A DNA stretch of 64,000 bases, from NCBI GenBank assembly GCA_035532075.1, contig DATKRV010000098.1, positions 42,948 to 106,947 of the forward strand, written 5' to 3'. The position numbers and the translations under genes were made by a program. Under the pieces are notes generated by a model. That model did not search any database. It had not been told where the DNA came from and worked only from the letters and a program-made list of their open reading frames with translations. This DNA is from Acidimicrobiales bacterium (lineage in GTDB: Bacteria; Actinomycetota; Acidimicrobiia; Acidimicrobiales; Bog-793). Position 1 is the stretch's first letter. Each line of letters starts with the position of its first letter. Shown here piece after piece: positions 28,345 to 37,957 of this stretch.

Positions 28345-29358
28345 TCAGCTCTTCCACTGCCCTTCGACCACCGGCGAACGGCCGATAAGAGGTCGCCACC
28401 ATGATTCGTTTTCCACGTACCACCTCACGGTATCGGCGAGTCCCTTTTCAAACTCGATGGTCGGGGCCCAACCGAGCTCGCGACGGATCTTCGTCGAATC
28501 GAGAAGATAGCGGCGGTCATGCCCCGGACGGTCTGCAACGATCTCCTTGAGCGATCCCGGCCGATTCGTCGCCTCGAGCACGCGGTCCGCGATCTCCATG
28601 ATGCTTGCCTCGCGACCCGAACCGACGTTGTAGGTCTCACCAACAACTCCGCGTTGTAGAACAAGCTCGATCGCGCGGCAGTGATCGATCACGTGCAACC
28701 ACTCGCGACGGTTCTCCGTCGAGGCGTAGAGCGGGAGCGCGGCGCTGTCGATCGCCCGACTGACAAAAAGCGGGATGACCTTCTCGGGGAACTGGTGGGG
28801 ACCGTAGTTGTTCGAACAGTTGGTTATCGTCGCCGGAAGACGAAAGGTCTCGAAATATGACCGCACCACGTGGTCAGAGCCAGCCTTCGATGCGTTGTAA
28901 GGCGTACGCGGCTCATAGGGCGACGATTCGCTGAACGACTCGTTGCTGTCGAGCGCCAGATCGCCATAGACCTCACATGTTGAAATGTGATGGAAGCGGC
29001 CTATTCCGACACGTACCGCGGCATCCGCGAGCGCCTGGGTGCCAAGCACATTCGTGCGGTAGAACCGCGCGGGATCGAGGATCGCCAGACTGTTGTGCGA
29101 TTCCGCGGCAAAGTTGACAATCGTGTCGATGCCGAAGGTCGCGAGCAGATGTTCGATCAACTCCTGGTTCCCGATGTCCCCCTTGATAAATCGCACAGCC
29201 CCAGAGCGCTCGAGGCTCGAAAGCGTTGCCCGGTTCCCGGCATAGGTGAGCGCATCGAGGACGAACAGCTCGTCGTCGGAGTGCTGCTCTGACCAGTAGT
29301 GGGCAAAATTCGAACCAATGAAACCGGCTCCGCCGGTGACGAGAAGTCGCATAATCAT
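28345..29358 (-). CDS. rmlB: dTDP-glucose 4,6-dehydratase
   Basis: 337 aa. LLVTGGAGFIGSNF, HISTCEVYG and PYNASKAGSDH motifs. Confidence 0.93.
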   Translation of the reverse strand: MIMRLLVTGGAGFIGSNFAHYWSEQHSDDELFVLDALTYAGNRATLSSLERSGAVRFIKGDIGNQELIEHLLATFGIDTIVNFAAESHNSLAILDPARFYRTNVLGTQALADAAVRVGIGRFHHISTCEVYGDLALDSNESFSESSPYEPRTPYNASKAGSDHVVRSYFETFRLPATITNCSNNYGPHQFPEKVIPLFVSRAIDSAALPLYASTENRREWLHVIDHCRAIELVLQRGVVGETYNVGSGREASIMEIADRVLEATNRPGSLKEIVADRPGHDRRYLLDSTKIRRELGWAPTIEFEKGLADTVRWYVENESWWRPLIGRSPVVEGQWKS

Positions 29359-29539
29359 CTAAGGGTAGTTGGCGGGGGCCACCCTTCCTACTCATCCTCG
29401 GCCCCCGCTCGCTGGTCTATGACGAACCAGCGTCACTCACATCGAACGCCCTTGAACCATTCAAGGCAGTTCTCCAAGGAGATCTGAACGAAACAGTCGG
29501 TTCCGCATGCGTCGCTAACTCAGTACGGAGCGATCGAGA

Positions 29540-30310
29540 TCAATGGCGAAGATGAATCACATCGGCGGCGTCGAGTTCGCGTACCACACCACCCTCTTGC
29601 ACCTGAAGGCGCCCTGCGTCAGTCACTCCGATCGCCTCCGCCTCGTAGCTGCGACCACGCTGTTCAACGCGCACCCTGCGCCCAATCGTGCCAAGCGCAT
29701 CACGGTAGCGCTGCATCAGTTCGAGATGAAACGACCTATCGCCGAGCAGGCGATAGTCGCAACTTATGTTCTCGAGCATCGACTGTGCGAGCAGATCCCG
29801 GTCCACCAACTGTCCCGATGCCTCATACAGCGTCGTCGCGCGCGTCGCGGCCCCCGACTCCGATGGTGCGAGCTCGCTCGGCGCCTCGTCACCTGGCCAT
29901 TGGATATTGATCCCGATGCCGACAATGAGTGCGTGACCCAAATCCGTTTCGACGATCTCAGCGAGAAGCCCTGCGACCTTCGCTTCATCGACAAGAAGAT
30001 CGTTTGGCCACTTGAGCGATACCTCAACGCCGGCGAGCTCGTCGATCGCGTCGCGTGCACTGAGCGCGACGATGGTCATTACAAGGTGAAAATCCTCAAT
30101 TTCGAGCGACGGGCGAAAGAGCATCGAACACAAGAGCGACGAATGGGGAACAGACGCCCAGGAGCGACCGAGCCGGCCGCGCCCATCACTTTGTGAATCA
30201 GCGATTGCAACGCCTCCCTCAGGGTCACCCAAACGCGCGCGATCGATCAGGTAGCGATTCGTCGAGTCGATGGCCGTGAAGTGCGTCGGCCTCGCGAAGA
30301 GGTTGCTCAC
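29540..30310 (-). CDS. birA: biotin-[acetyl-CoA-carboxylase] ligase, class I (no N-terminal HTH)
   Basis: 256 aa. GRGRLGRSW biotin-binding loop and KWPNDLL motif. The protein starts directly with the catalytic domain. Confidence 0.9.
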   Translation of the reverse strand: MSNLFARPTHFTAIDSTNRYLIDRARLGDPEGGVAIADSQSDGRGRLGRSWASVPHSSLLCSMLFRPSLEIEDFHLVMTIVALSARDAIDELAGVEVSLKWPNDLLVDEAKVAGLLAEIVETDLGHALIVGIGINIQWPGDEAPSELAPSESGAATRATTLYEASGQLVDRDLLAQSMLENISCDYRLLGDRSFHLELMQRYRDALGTIGRRVRVEQRGRSYEAEAIGVTDAGRLQVQEGGVVRELDAADVIHLRH

Positions 30311-30405
30311 CGCACTAGCCTCATTGTTGGGCCCTCACCGGGCAACACAGGTTCTGTATCTCATCAGCATATGGCCAATTTCACCAAAGACAGAGTGGGG
30401 AGTAC

Positions 30406-32151
30406 GTGTTCGAGAAAGTCCTGATTGCGAATCGAGGCGAGATCGCGATCAGGGTCGCGAGGACCTGTCATGAACTCGGTATCGCAACGGTCGCGATCTA
30501 TTCCGAACTCGATGCGAACTCGGCCCATGTGCGCGCGTGCGATGAGGCCTACCTCGTCGACGGGCAAAACCCGATCGCGGGATATCTCGATATCGAGGCG
30601 ATTGTCGCGGTTATGGCGCGTGCAGAAGCCGACGCTGTCCATCCGGGATATGGATTTCTCGCCGAGAATGCCGCTTTTGCAAGAGCCGTCACGCTCGCCG
30701 GCGCGGTGTTCGTCGGGCCGCTACCAGAGACAATCGAGCTGATGGGATCGAAGATCAGTGCGCGTGCCGCCGCCGAGAGCGCGGGCGTACGCGGTGTTCC
30801 GGGCCACAACATCCCCGTAGAGAACCTCGAGGAGATCATCGCGTTCGCGGACTCCGCGGGTTGGCCGGTCGCGATCAAGGCAGCGTATGGCGGAGGAGGG
30901 CGCGGACTCAAGGTCGTCCACAGCCCCGATGAGGCGCGGGAGCAGTTCGAGGCTGCGACACGCGAGTCCCTCGCCTATTTCGGTCGCTCGGAGGTCTACC
31001 TCGAGCGTTATCTGCTCGCGCCGCGCCACATCGAGATGCAGGTCATCGCAGATAATTTCGGCGACGTCGTCTGGCTCGGAGAGCGCGACTGCTCATCGCA
31101 GCGTCGACACCAGAAGCTCATCGAAGAGACCCCGGCACCAGCGATCTCTGAGGCGATTCGGGAGGAGATGGGCGAGGCTGCCGCAACGCTCGCACGGCGC
31201 TGTCACTATCGCGGTGTCGGCACGGTCGAATTCCTTTATGAGAACGGGGGGTTCTATTTCCTGGAGATGAACACCCGCCTCCAGGTCGAACATCCCGTCA
31301 CCGAACTCGTCACGGGACTCGATCTCGTCCGACTCCAGCTCGAGATCGCCGCAGGCGAGCCACTTCCGATCTCCCAGAAAGAGGTCGTCTCGCACGGCCA
31401 CGCAATCGAATGTCGTATCAATGCAGAGGATCCCTCGGGAGGAGCCTTTCTCCCGAGTCCCGGAACCATCGGGGAGATCCACCTCCCAGGAGGCTTTGGG
31501 GTGCGGATCGACGCGGGATATGAGGCAGGCGACGAGGTCTCGACGAACTATGACAACCTCATCGCCAAAGTATCGGTCTGGGGCCACGACCGCGCAGAGG
31601 CGCGTACCAGGATGTTGCGCGCGCTCGACGAGACGGTCATCACTGGCGTTGCAACGACCGTTCCCGCGCTGAAATTGATCCTCACATCCGAGCCGTTCAT
31701 CGCTGCCACCCATTCGACCAGCTTCGTCGAGACCGCGGTGGACCTCTCTCCGATCGGCCCGCCACTTGGCCCAGACGGGACACGAGACCACCTCGGTCGA
31801 ATCCTCGAAACCCTCGAGACCGAGGTCGACGGACGCCGCTACCGGGTACGCATCTGGCTCGACGCTGCCACCAAAGGCAACAGCCCGAAACACCGCGCGC
31901 CGACGAGTCGATCGCACCAGATATCGGTCGAACCCAACAGTCGCACGATCACGGCTCCCATGCAGGGCACGATCATCTCCGTAGCGGTTAGCGTCGGAGA
32001 CCATGTGGAGATCGAACAGACCATCTGTGTGCTCGAGGCAATGAAGATGGAAAATCCGATCCGCACCCGGTCGGCGGGAGTGGTGCGTGAGATTCGCGTC
32101 TCGGTCGGCGACTCGCTCGGCCCGGGAGACATCGTGGCGGTCATCGAGTGA
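30406..32151 (+). CDS. acyl-CoA carboxylase alpha subunit (biotin carboxylase plus BCCP domain)
   Basis: 581 aa from GTG 30406, preceded by GAGTGGGGAG. MFEKVLIANRGEIAIRVARTC, an ATP-grasp domain and the C-terminal biotinyl-lysine motif EAMKMEN. Confidence 0.93.
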   Translation: MFEKVLIANRGEIAIRVARTCHELGIATVAIYSELDANSAHVRACDEAYLVDGQNPIAGYLDIEAIVAVMARAEADAVHPGYGFLAENAAFARAVTLAGAVFVGPLPETIELMGSKISARAAAESAGVRGVPGHNIPVENLEEIIAFADSAGWPVAIKAAYGGGGRGLKVVHSPDEAREQFEAATRESLAYFGRSEVYLERYLLAPRHIEMQVIADNFGDVVWLGERDCSSQRRHQKLIEETPAPAISEAIREEMGEAAATLARRCHYRGVGTVEFLYENGGFYFLEMNTRLQVEHPVTELVTGLDLVRLQLEIAAGEPLPISQKEVVSHGHAIECRINAEDPSGGAFLPSPGTIGEIHLPGGFGVRIDAGYEAGDEVSTNYDNLIAKVSVWGHDRAEARTRMLRALDETVITGVATTVPALKLILTSEPFIAATHSTSFVETAVDLSPIGPPLGPDGTRDHLGRILETLETEVDGRRYRVRIWLDAATKGNSPKHRAPTSRSHQISVEPNSRTITAPMQGTIISVAVSVGDHVEIEQTICVLEAMKMENPIRTRSAGVVREIRVSVGDSLGPGDIVAVIE

Positions 32152-33332
32152 CCGAGGTGACTGATCGCCACAAGCAGTCGGTCATCGAAAACATCGACAG
32201 CGCATGCGACCTGCTCATCGGACTCTCGCATGAGATCCATGCCAACCCTGAACTCTCCTTCGAAGAGGTCAGGGCCTCGACATGGTGCGCAGATGTGCTC
32301 GAGGCGAGCGGCTTCACGCTCGATCGCGCGATCTGCGACCTCCCCACTGCGTTTCGCGCATCGATCGGCACCGGGCCACTTGTCATCGGCATCTGCTGCG
32401 AGTACGACGCGCTTCCCGACATCGGACACGCCTGTGGTCACAACATCATCGCCGCAGCAGCGGTCGGCACCGGAATCGCGCTCGCCGAGCTCGTCGGTGA
32501 GCTCGACATCACGCTCGTCGTGCTTGGCACCCCGGCAGAGGAGGGAGGCGGTGGAAAGATCCTCATGCTCGAACGCGGAGGCTTTGACGGAATCAACGCC
32601 TCGATGATGGTCCACCCGTGGACCTCGGAGATGACCGGCATGCCGTGTCTCGCAGTCACCCATTTCGATGTGCACTACCACGGCATCGAGGCACACGCGT
32701 CGGCCTATCCCGAACGCGGTCGAAACGCAGCGGATGCGATCACGGTCGCTCAGGTTGCGATCGGACTACTCCGCCAGCACGCGAATCCCGGCGACCAGGT
32801 ACACGGCATCGTCACCAACGGTGGCTCGGCCCCCAACATCGTGCCGGCACACACCTCCGCCAAGTACTACGCGCGCTCGTCCACGGTTGCGAAACTTGAC
32901 GAGTGGCTGCCGCGCGTCCATCGCTGTTTCGAGGCGGGCGCGATCGCGACCGAGACCTCGGTCGAGTACGTCACCCATTCGCGTCCCTATTCCGAGTTCC
33001 TGATGGACGAGCCGATGGCCGAGATCTACCGCGCAAACGCCGAGACGCTCGGTCGCTCCTTCACGCCGCCCGCGCAGCGCTTGAATGCCATCTCGACCGA
33101 TATGGGAAACGTCTCGCTCGTTATTCCGGCAATCCATCCCATGCTCGACATCGATGCGCTTCCCGCAGTCAACCACCAGGCAGCGTTCGCCGGACACTGC
33201 ATCTCCCAATCTGCCGATCGCGCGCTGCTCGATGGAGCGAAGGCGATGGCGATGACCGTGATCGACCTTGCCATTGGGCCAGAGCGGGCTCGCCTGCTCG
33301 ATCGCAGCTACCAATACCGCATGCCCGGTTGA
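32148..33332 (+). CDS. M20 family amidohydrolase (M20D/AbgB-like)
   Basis: 394 aa with the HACGHNIIAAAAVG metal-binding motif. GTGA overlap with the accA-like stop. Confidence 0.8.
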   Translation: MTEVTDRHKQSVIENIDSACDLLIGLSHEIHANPELSFEEVRASTWCADVLEASGFTLDRAICDLPTAFRASIGTGPLVIGICCEYDALPDIGHACGHNIIAAAAVGTGIALAELVGELDITLVVLGTPAEEGGGGKILMLERGGFDGINASMMVHPWTSEMTGMPCLAVTHFDVHYHGIEAHASAYPERGRNAADAITVAQVAIGLLRQHANPGDQVHGIVTNGGSAPNIVPAHTSAKYYARSSTVAKLDEWLPRVHRCFEAGAIATETSVEYVTHSRPYSEFLMDEPMAEIYRANAETLGRSFTPPAQRLNAISTDMGNVSLVIPAIHPMLDIDALPAVNHQAAFAGHCISQSADRALLDGAKAMAMTVIDLAIGPERARLLDRSYQYRMPG

Positions 33333-33363
33333 TTACTCGCGCGTATTCACCAGACGCGAATGG

Positions 33364-34530
33364 TCAGTGCGCCGGGGCGACCACGTGAGGCATGCAGAGT
33401 TGGTCGTACTCCGCGATGACGATCTCGGCTCCCTCTCCACACGCCGGGCAGTTCGGGTCACGGCGCACCTTGAAGGTACGGAACTCCTCACCAAGTGCGT
33501 CATAGGCGAGAAGACGACCAACAAGGGTCTCGCCGATGCCGAGCAGCATCTTGATCGCCTCGACCGCCTCGATCGAACCGATGATGCCACACAGCACACC
33601 AAGTACGCCCGCCTCGGCACATGAGGGTGCGAGTTCGGGAGGCGGAGGCTCGGGAACGATGCAGCGATAACACGGTCCGACATAGGGATTGAACACCGTT
33701 GCCTGACCCTCGAAACGAAAGATCGAGCCGTGCACCACCGGGGTATTTGTCAACAATGAGGCATCGTTGACGAGATAGCGGGTCGGGAAGTTGTCGGTGC
33801 CGTCGACGACAAGGTCATACTCTTTGAACAGATCGACGATATTGTCCGCGCCAAGACGTACATCGTAGGTGACGACATTCACGTCGGGATTCATCGCAGT
33901 GAGTGCCTTCTTCGCGGAATCAACCTTGCGTTCACCGATGCGATCCATGTTGTGCAGGATCTGGCGCTGCAGGTTCGAGGCATCGACCACGTCCATGTCG
34001 ACGATGCCGATCGTTCCAACACCCGCGGCCGCGAGATACAACGCTGCGGGAGAACCGAGACCGCCGGCACCGAGCAGGAGCACCTTCGATGCGAGAAGAC
34101 GCTGCTGGCCTGGCTCGGAGACCTCGGGCAGAAGCAGGTGACGCTGGTAGCGGTTGCGCTGTTCCGCGCTCAGGACGACCGGTGTCTGCCAGGTTCGACC
34201 CTCGTCCTTCCAGCGATTGAACCCACCCGCCATCGAGACGACGTCGGTGTATCCAAGGTCTGCGAGGGATTTCGCGGCGAAGGCCGAACGCGTCCCGCCG
34301 GCGCAATAGACAACGATCGGTGCGGACCTGTCGGCCACTCGGCCCTCGATCTGCACCTCGAGAAATCCACGCGGGAGATGGAGCGCTCCGGGGATTGCTC
34401 CTTGCTCGTACTCGTCGGCCTCGCGCACGTCAAGAAAGATTGCACTCGATCGCTGGGCGTCGGCCTGTGCCGGCTCGACCTCGCGGATCTTCTCCTTGAC
34501 CTCCGCCAGAAGGTCTCGAAAACTTGCCAT
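33364..34530 (-). CDS. ThiF/MoeB-family adenylyltransferase with N-terminal rhodanese domain (MoeZ-like sulfur-carrier activating enzyme)
   Basis: 388 aa. Rhodanese loop VVYCAGGTRS within aa 1-120. ThiF nucleotide loop LLLGAGGLGSPAALYLAAAGVG, with zinc CxxC pairs CYRC and CPAC toward the C-terminus. Confidence 0.85.
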   Translation of the reverse strand: MASFRDLLAEVKEKIREVEPAQADAQRSSAIFLDVREADEYEQGAIPGALHLPRGFLEVQIEGRVADRSAPIVVYCAGGTRSAFAAKSLADLGYTDVVSMAGGFNRWKDEGRTWQTPVVLSAEQRNRYQRHLLLPEVSEPGQQRLLASKVLLLGAGGLGSPAALYLAAAGVGTIGIVDMDVVDASNLQRQILHNMDRIGERKVDSAKKALTAMNPDVNVVTYDVRLGADNIVDLFKEYDLVVDGTDNFPTRYLVNDASLLTNTPVVHGSIFRFEGQATVFNPYVGPCYRCIVPEPPPPELAPSCAEAGVLGVLCGIIGSIEAVEAIKMLLGIGETLVGRLLAYDALGEEFRTFKVRRDPNCPACGEGAEIVIAEYDQLCMPHVVAPAH

Positions 34531-34555
34531 CTCGCGACCCCTCCTCTCTCTTTGG

Positions 34556-34570
34556 TTGGCGCAGCGCCAA
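34556..34570. promoter_or_regulatory. perfect palindrome TTGGCGC-A-GCGCCAA in a divergent spacer
   Basis: Read directly from the sequence. It lies 26 nt upstream of the rhodanese-ThiF start and 92 nt upstream of the nitroreductase start. Confidence 0.3.
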
Positions 34571-34661
34571 TCCTCAAGTCCTGCCCCTCGGCTCTCTCGG
34601 TTCCTTATACATTACCAGTTTAGTCAACATTCCATACACTGCGCGGGAGTAGGTTCTTACG

Positions 34662-35267
34662 ATGGAGTTCAGCGACGCCGTCCACTCGCGCAAGATGACC
34701 CGGCGATTCCTTCCCGAGCCACTCGACGAGGCCCTCCTCGACCGACTCTTCTCGCTCGCTCTGCGCTCCCCGTCGGCAGGATCGACCAATGGGGTCGACC
34801 TGCTCGTACTGCGCAGCGAGGACTCACGGACGAAATTCTGGGAGACGATCAGCGACCTCGAGTGGCGCGAAGAGCCAGCTCGCTCGTTCGGGCTGACGGT
34901 CGCGCCGGTCATTGTCATTCCCGTAGCAAGCCCAAACGCCTATCTTGAGCGCTATGCGAGAGACGACAAGTCAGCCTCTGTGCTCTCTCGTCTCCCCCTC
35001 GCATCATGGCCGGTCCCCTACTGGAGCATCGACGCGGCTTTCGTCGCGATGACGCTGCTCCTCTCGGTCACCGACCTCGGCCTCGGTGCGCTCTTTTTTC
35101 ATCTGCAAGGACGAGACCGGGAGCTCTTGAGTGCATTTGGCATCGCAGAGGGAACGGCCACGATCGGCGCGATCGCGATCGGAAAGCCGGACACCGAGAC
35201 GACCGCAGAGCGACCTCGCCGACGCGCGCGCCGCGTCGAGGAGAGGATCCATTTCGAGCGCTGGTAG
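34662..35267 (+). CDS. nitroreductase family protein
   Basis: 201 aa. The N-terminus AVHSRKMTRRFLPEPL shows the typical RxSxRxF-like FMN-site pattern of the NTR fold. Confidence 0.75.
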   Translation: MEFSDAVHSRKMTRRFLPEPLDEALLDRLFSLALRSPSAGSTNGVDLLVLRSEDSRTKFWETISDLEWREEPARSFGLTVAPVIVIPVASPNAYLERYARDDKSASVLSRLPLASWPVPYWSIDAAFVAMTLLLSVTDLGLGALFFHLQGRDRELLSAFGIAEGTATIGAIAIGKPDTETTAERPRRRARRVEERIHFERW

Positions 35268-35299
35268 GTTCTCACCAACGGTTCGCGAACGGGGGCGAC

Positions 35300-37252
35300 A
35301 TGGCGACAACGGCTGCATACGGCTCGTGGAGATCTCCGATCACAGGCGCGCTGCTGGTTGAGGACGTCATCTCACCGAACTTCATCGTCACCGATTCACA
35401 CGACATCTACTGGATCGAAAGACGCCCCAGCGAGCAGGGTCGCCAGGCCATCGTCGTCATGCACGAAGACGGATCGATCGAAGACCTCCTCCCTCCTCTC
35501 TACAACGCGCGCACCCGCGCCCATGAATATGGCGGGCTGTGTTATTGCGTCGATCGTGGCCGCGTGTTCTTTTCCAACTTCGCCGATCAGCGCATCTACT
35601 GCCGGGAACGATCGGGCGCGATCGCGCCGCTGGCGGCGACCGGAGAGACCGATTGCACCACCCGGTATGCCGACTTCATCGTGACGAGAGATGGTGCCTC
35701 ACTGATCAGCGTACGTGAGCGCCATTGGGTAAACGGCGTCGCAGGCGCGCCCGGCGTCGTCAACGACCTCGTCAGGATCCCGACCGAGGGAGAAGGTCCG
35801 ATCGAGGTACTGGCGACCGGAAATGACTTCTACAGTGCGCCAAGAGTCGCACCAGATGGAAAAAAGCTCGCCTATCTCACCTGGAATCACCCGAACATGC
35901 CATGGGATGGAACCGAGCTCTACCGCGTCGATCTCGACCCGGACAACCGGCTAGGTCCAAAGGTGCTCGTCGCCGGTGGGGTGAAAGAGTCGATTAGTCA
36001 ACCGCGATTTCGCCAAGACGGAGGGCTGCTCTACCTCTCGGATCGCTCAGGATTCTGGAACCTGTATGACGAGACGGGTACGTCGCTTTTACCGATCGAG
36101 GCCGACTGTGCGGGGCCCGACTGGCAGTTTGGTCAGTCAAGTTATGCGCTATTTGACGACGACCGGATCGTCATCACCTTCGAGCGCGACGCGGCCATGC
36201 AGCTCGCGATCATCGATCACTCGAGCACACGGGATCTCCACCACCCGCTCTCCTACTTTGCCTCGCTCAATGTCGATGCCCGCGGCCGGATCGTTGCACT
36301 CGCCGGTTCAGCGGGCGATCCACTCGCGGTTGTCGCGATCGATCCAGCGAACAATGACACCTCGGTACTGCGAAAGAGTCGCAAGATGAATATCGACCCG
36401 GGCTATATCTCGACTCCGCGACACTTCATCTTCCCGACGACCGGCGGCCTCGAGGCGCACGCGCTCTTCTACCCACCGAAGAACCGCGACTTCCAGGGGT
36501 CACCCGGAGAGCGGCCACCGCTCATCGTGCAGATCCACGGCGGTCCCACCGCCGGTACCCGCCAGCTGTTCGACCCGGAGATCCAGTACTGGACGAGCCG
36601 CGGGTTTGCCGTCGTCGATGTCGATTATGGCGGGAGCAGTGGTTACGGGCGCGCCTATCGCGAACGCCTCGAAGGTCAGTTGGGCATCGTCGATGTCGAT
36701 GACTGTACCAATGCTGCACTTGCGCTCGCCGAACGGGGACGCGTCGACCGCAGACGTCTGATCATTCACGGCGGGAGTGCCGGTGGCTATACCACGCTTG
36801 CCTGCATGACCTTTCGCGACGTGTTTGCCGTCGGTGCGAGTTACTTCGGAATCTCGGATCTTTCCGCGCTCGCAAGGGACACCCACAAGTTCGAGTCGCG
36901 CTACCTCGACAGGCTGGTCGGACCGTACCCGGAGGACGAGGCGATCTTCGCCGAGCGTTCCCCACTCTTTCACGCCCGCGAGCTGAAATGCCCGGTGATC
37001 TTTTTCCAGGGACTCGAAGATGCAATTGTCCCTCCCGTCCAGGCAGAGGAGATGGTCGAGGCGCTGCACACCCACGGGGTCCCCGCCGCCTACATCGCCT
37101 ACGAGGGCGAACAGCACGGCTTCAGAAAGCAAGCCTCGATCATCCGGTCGGTCGAAGCAGAGCTGTATTTCTATGGTCGGGTGCTTGACATCGACATTGC
37201 CGATGACATTGAACCCGTCGAAATCCGCGACGCGTCGCTGCTCATCCACTAG
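35300..37252 (+). CDS. S9 family serine peptidase (prolyl oligopeptidase / acylaminoacyl peptidase type)
   Basis: ATG 35300 (MATTAAYGSWRSPIT). Beta-propeller N-terminal half, nucleophile elbow IHGGSAGGYTT, and catalytic Asp/His region (GLEDAIVP, EGEQHGF). The extension to 35006 overlaps the nitroreductase gene. Confidence 0.88.
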   Translation: MATTAAYGSWRSPITGALLVEDVISPNFIVTDSHDIYWIERRPSEQGRQAIVVMHEDGSIEDLLPPLYNARTRAHEYGGLCYCVDRGRVFFSNFADQRIYCRERSGAIAPLAATGETDCTTRYADFIVTRDGASLISVRERHWVNGVAGAPGVVNDLVRIPTEGEGPIEVLATGNDFYSAPRVAPDGKKLAYLTWNHPNMPWDGTELYRVDLDPDNRLGPKVLVAGGVKESISQPRFRQDGGLLYLSDRSGFWNLYDETGTSLLPIEADCAGPDWQFGQSSYALFDDDRIVITFERDAAMQLAIIDHSSTRDLHHPLSYFASLNVDARGRIVALAGSAGDPLAVVAIDPANNDTSVLRKSRKMNIDPGYISTPRHFIFPTTGGLEAHALFYPPKNRDFQGSPGERPPLIVQIHGGPTAGTRQLFDPEIQYWTSRGFAVVDVDYGGSSGYGRAYRERLEGQLGIVDVDDCTNAALALAERGRVDRRRLIIHGGSAGGYTTLACMTFRDVFAVGASYFGISDLSALARDTHKFESRYLDRLVGPYPEDEAIFAERSPLFHARELKCPVIFFQGLEDAIVPPVQAEEMVEALHTHGVPAAYIAYEGEQHGFRKQASIIRSVEAELYFYGRVLDIDIADDIEPVEIRDASLLIH

Positions 37253-37333
37253 AAGACGCCTGGCCAATCCTCGTCAGCGTTGGAGATCCTCACCTGCACC
37301 GTCTCACCAAGACGCGTTGAGTAACGTCGTGTC

Positions 37334-37957
37334 ATGCGCTACCGCGGGATCGTCCTCTTGCTGTTCTTTGCCCTGTGTCTGGCGATCACGATCGTCGCGT
37401 TTCCGGGCCATGCGAATCACAGCGCCTCGTCAACGACCAAAAGAGTGCCGTCCAAGGCCGCTCGCGTCACCCGACCGAGTACGACGACAACGACGATCTC
37501 CCCAGGCGATCTTCCACAGACAAAGACCTTTCCGAATCCAAAGGACCCGGTCTTCATCGGGCACATGCGCGAACTCGTCGCCGCAATCGCAGGCGACCGG
37601 CCAAAACTTGCCCTCGATGCCTTCTTTCCCCTTGCGGCCTACATCCAGGTGAAGGCGATAGCCGACCCGGTCACGGACTGGCATGTCCGGCTCATCGCCA
37701 ACTACGCGATCGATATCGGCCTCGCCCACAGACAGCTCGGCCCCGACGCGAGCGCGGCGAAATTCAAGTCCGTGGCGGTGGGAGCCGGGGCGACATGGAT
37801 CAAGCCCGGTGTCGAACTCAACAAAGGTTCGTACTGGCGCGTCTATGGCACCGTCGTCTACTGCAAGGTCGGTTCCGCGACACGCTATTTTGTCGTCACT
37901 TCGATGATCTCCTGGCGCGGTGAATGGTATGTCGTTCATCTCGGAGCAATCCGCTAA
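37334..37957 (+). CDS. membrane-anchored/secreted hypothetical protein
   Basis: 207 aa. N-terminal TM/signal IVLLLFFALCLAITIVAF, a Thr-rich linker, then a globular domain. I recognise no family. Confidence 0.6.
   Translation: MRYRGIVLLLFFALCLAITIVAFPGHANHSASSTTKRVPSKAARVTRPSTTTTTISPGDLPQTKTFPNPKDPVFIGHMRELVAAIAGDRPKLALDAFFPLAAYIQVKAIADPVTDWHVRLIANYAIDIGLAHRQLGPDASAAKFKSVAVGAGATWIKPGVELNKGSYWRVYGTVVYCKVGSATRYFVVTSMISWRGEWYVVHLGAIR

Noticed and set aside
30311-30405. BirA operator in the birA/accA divergent spacer
   Set aside because: This BirA begins directly with the catalytic domain (256 aa, no N-terminal HTH), so it is not expected to bind DNA. No palindrome was seen in the spacer.
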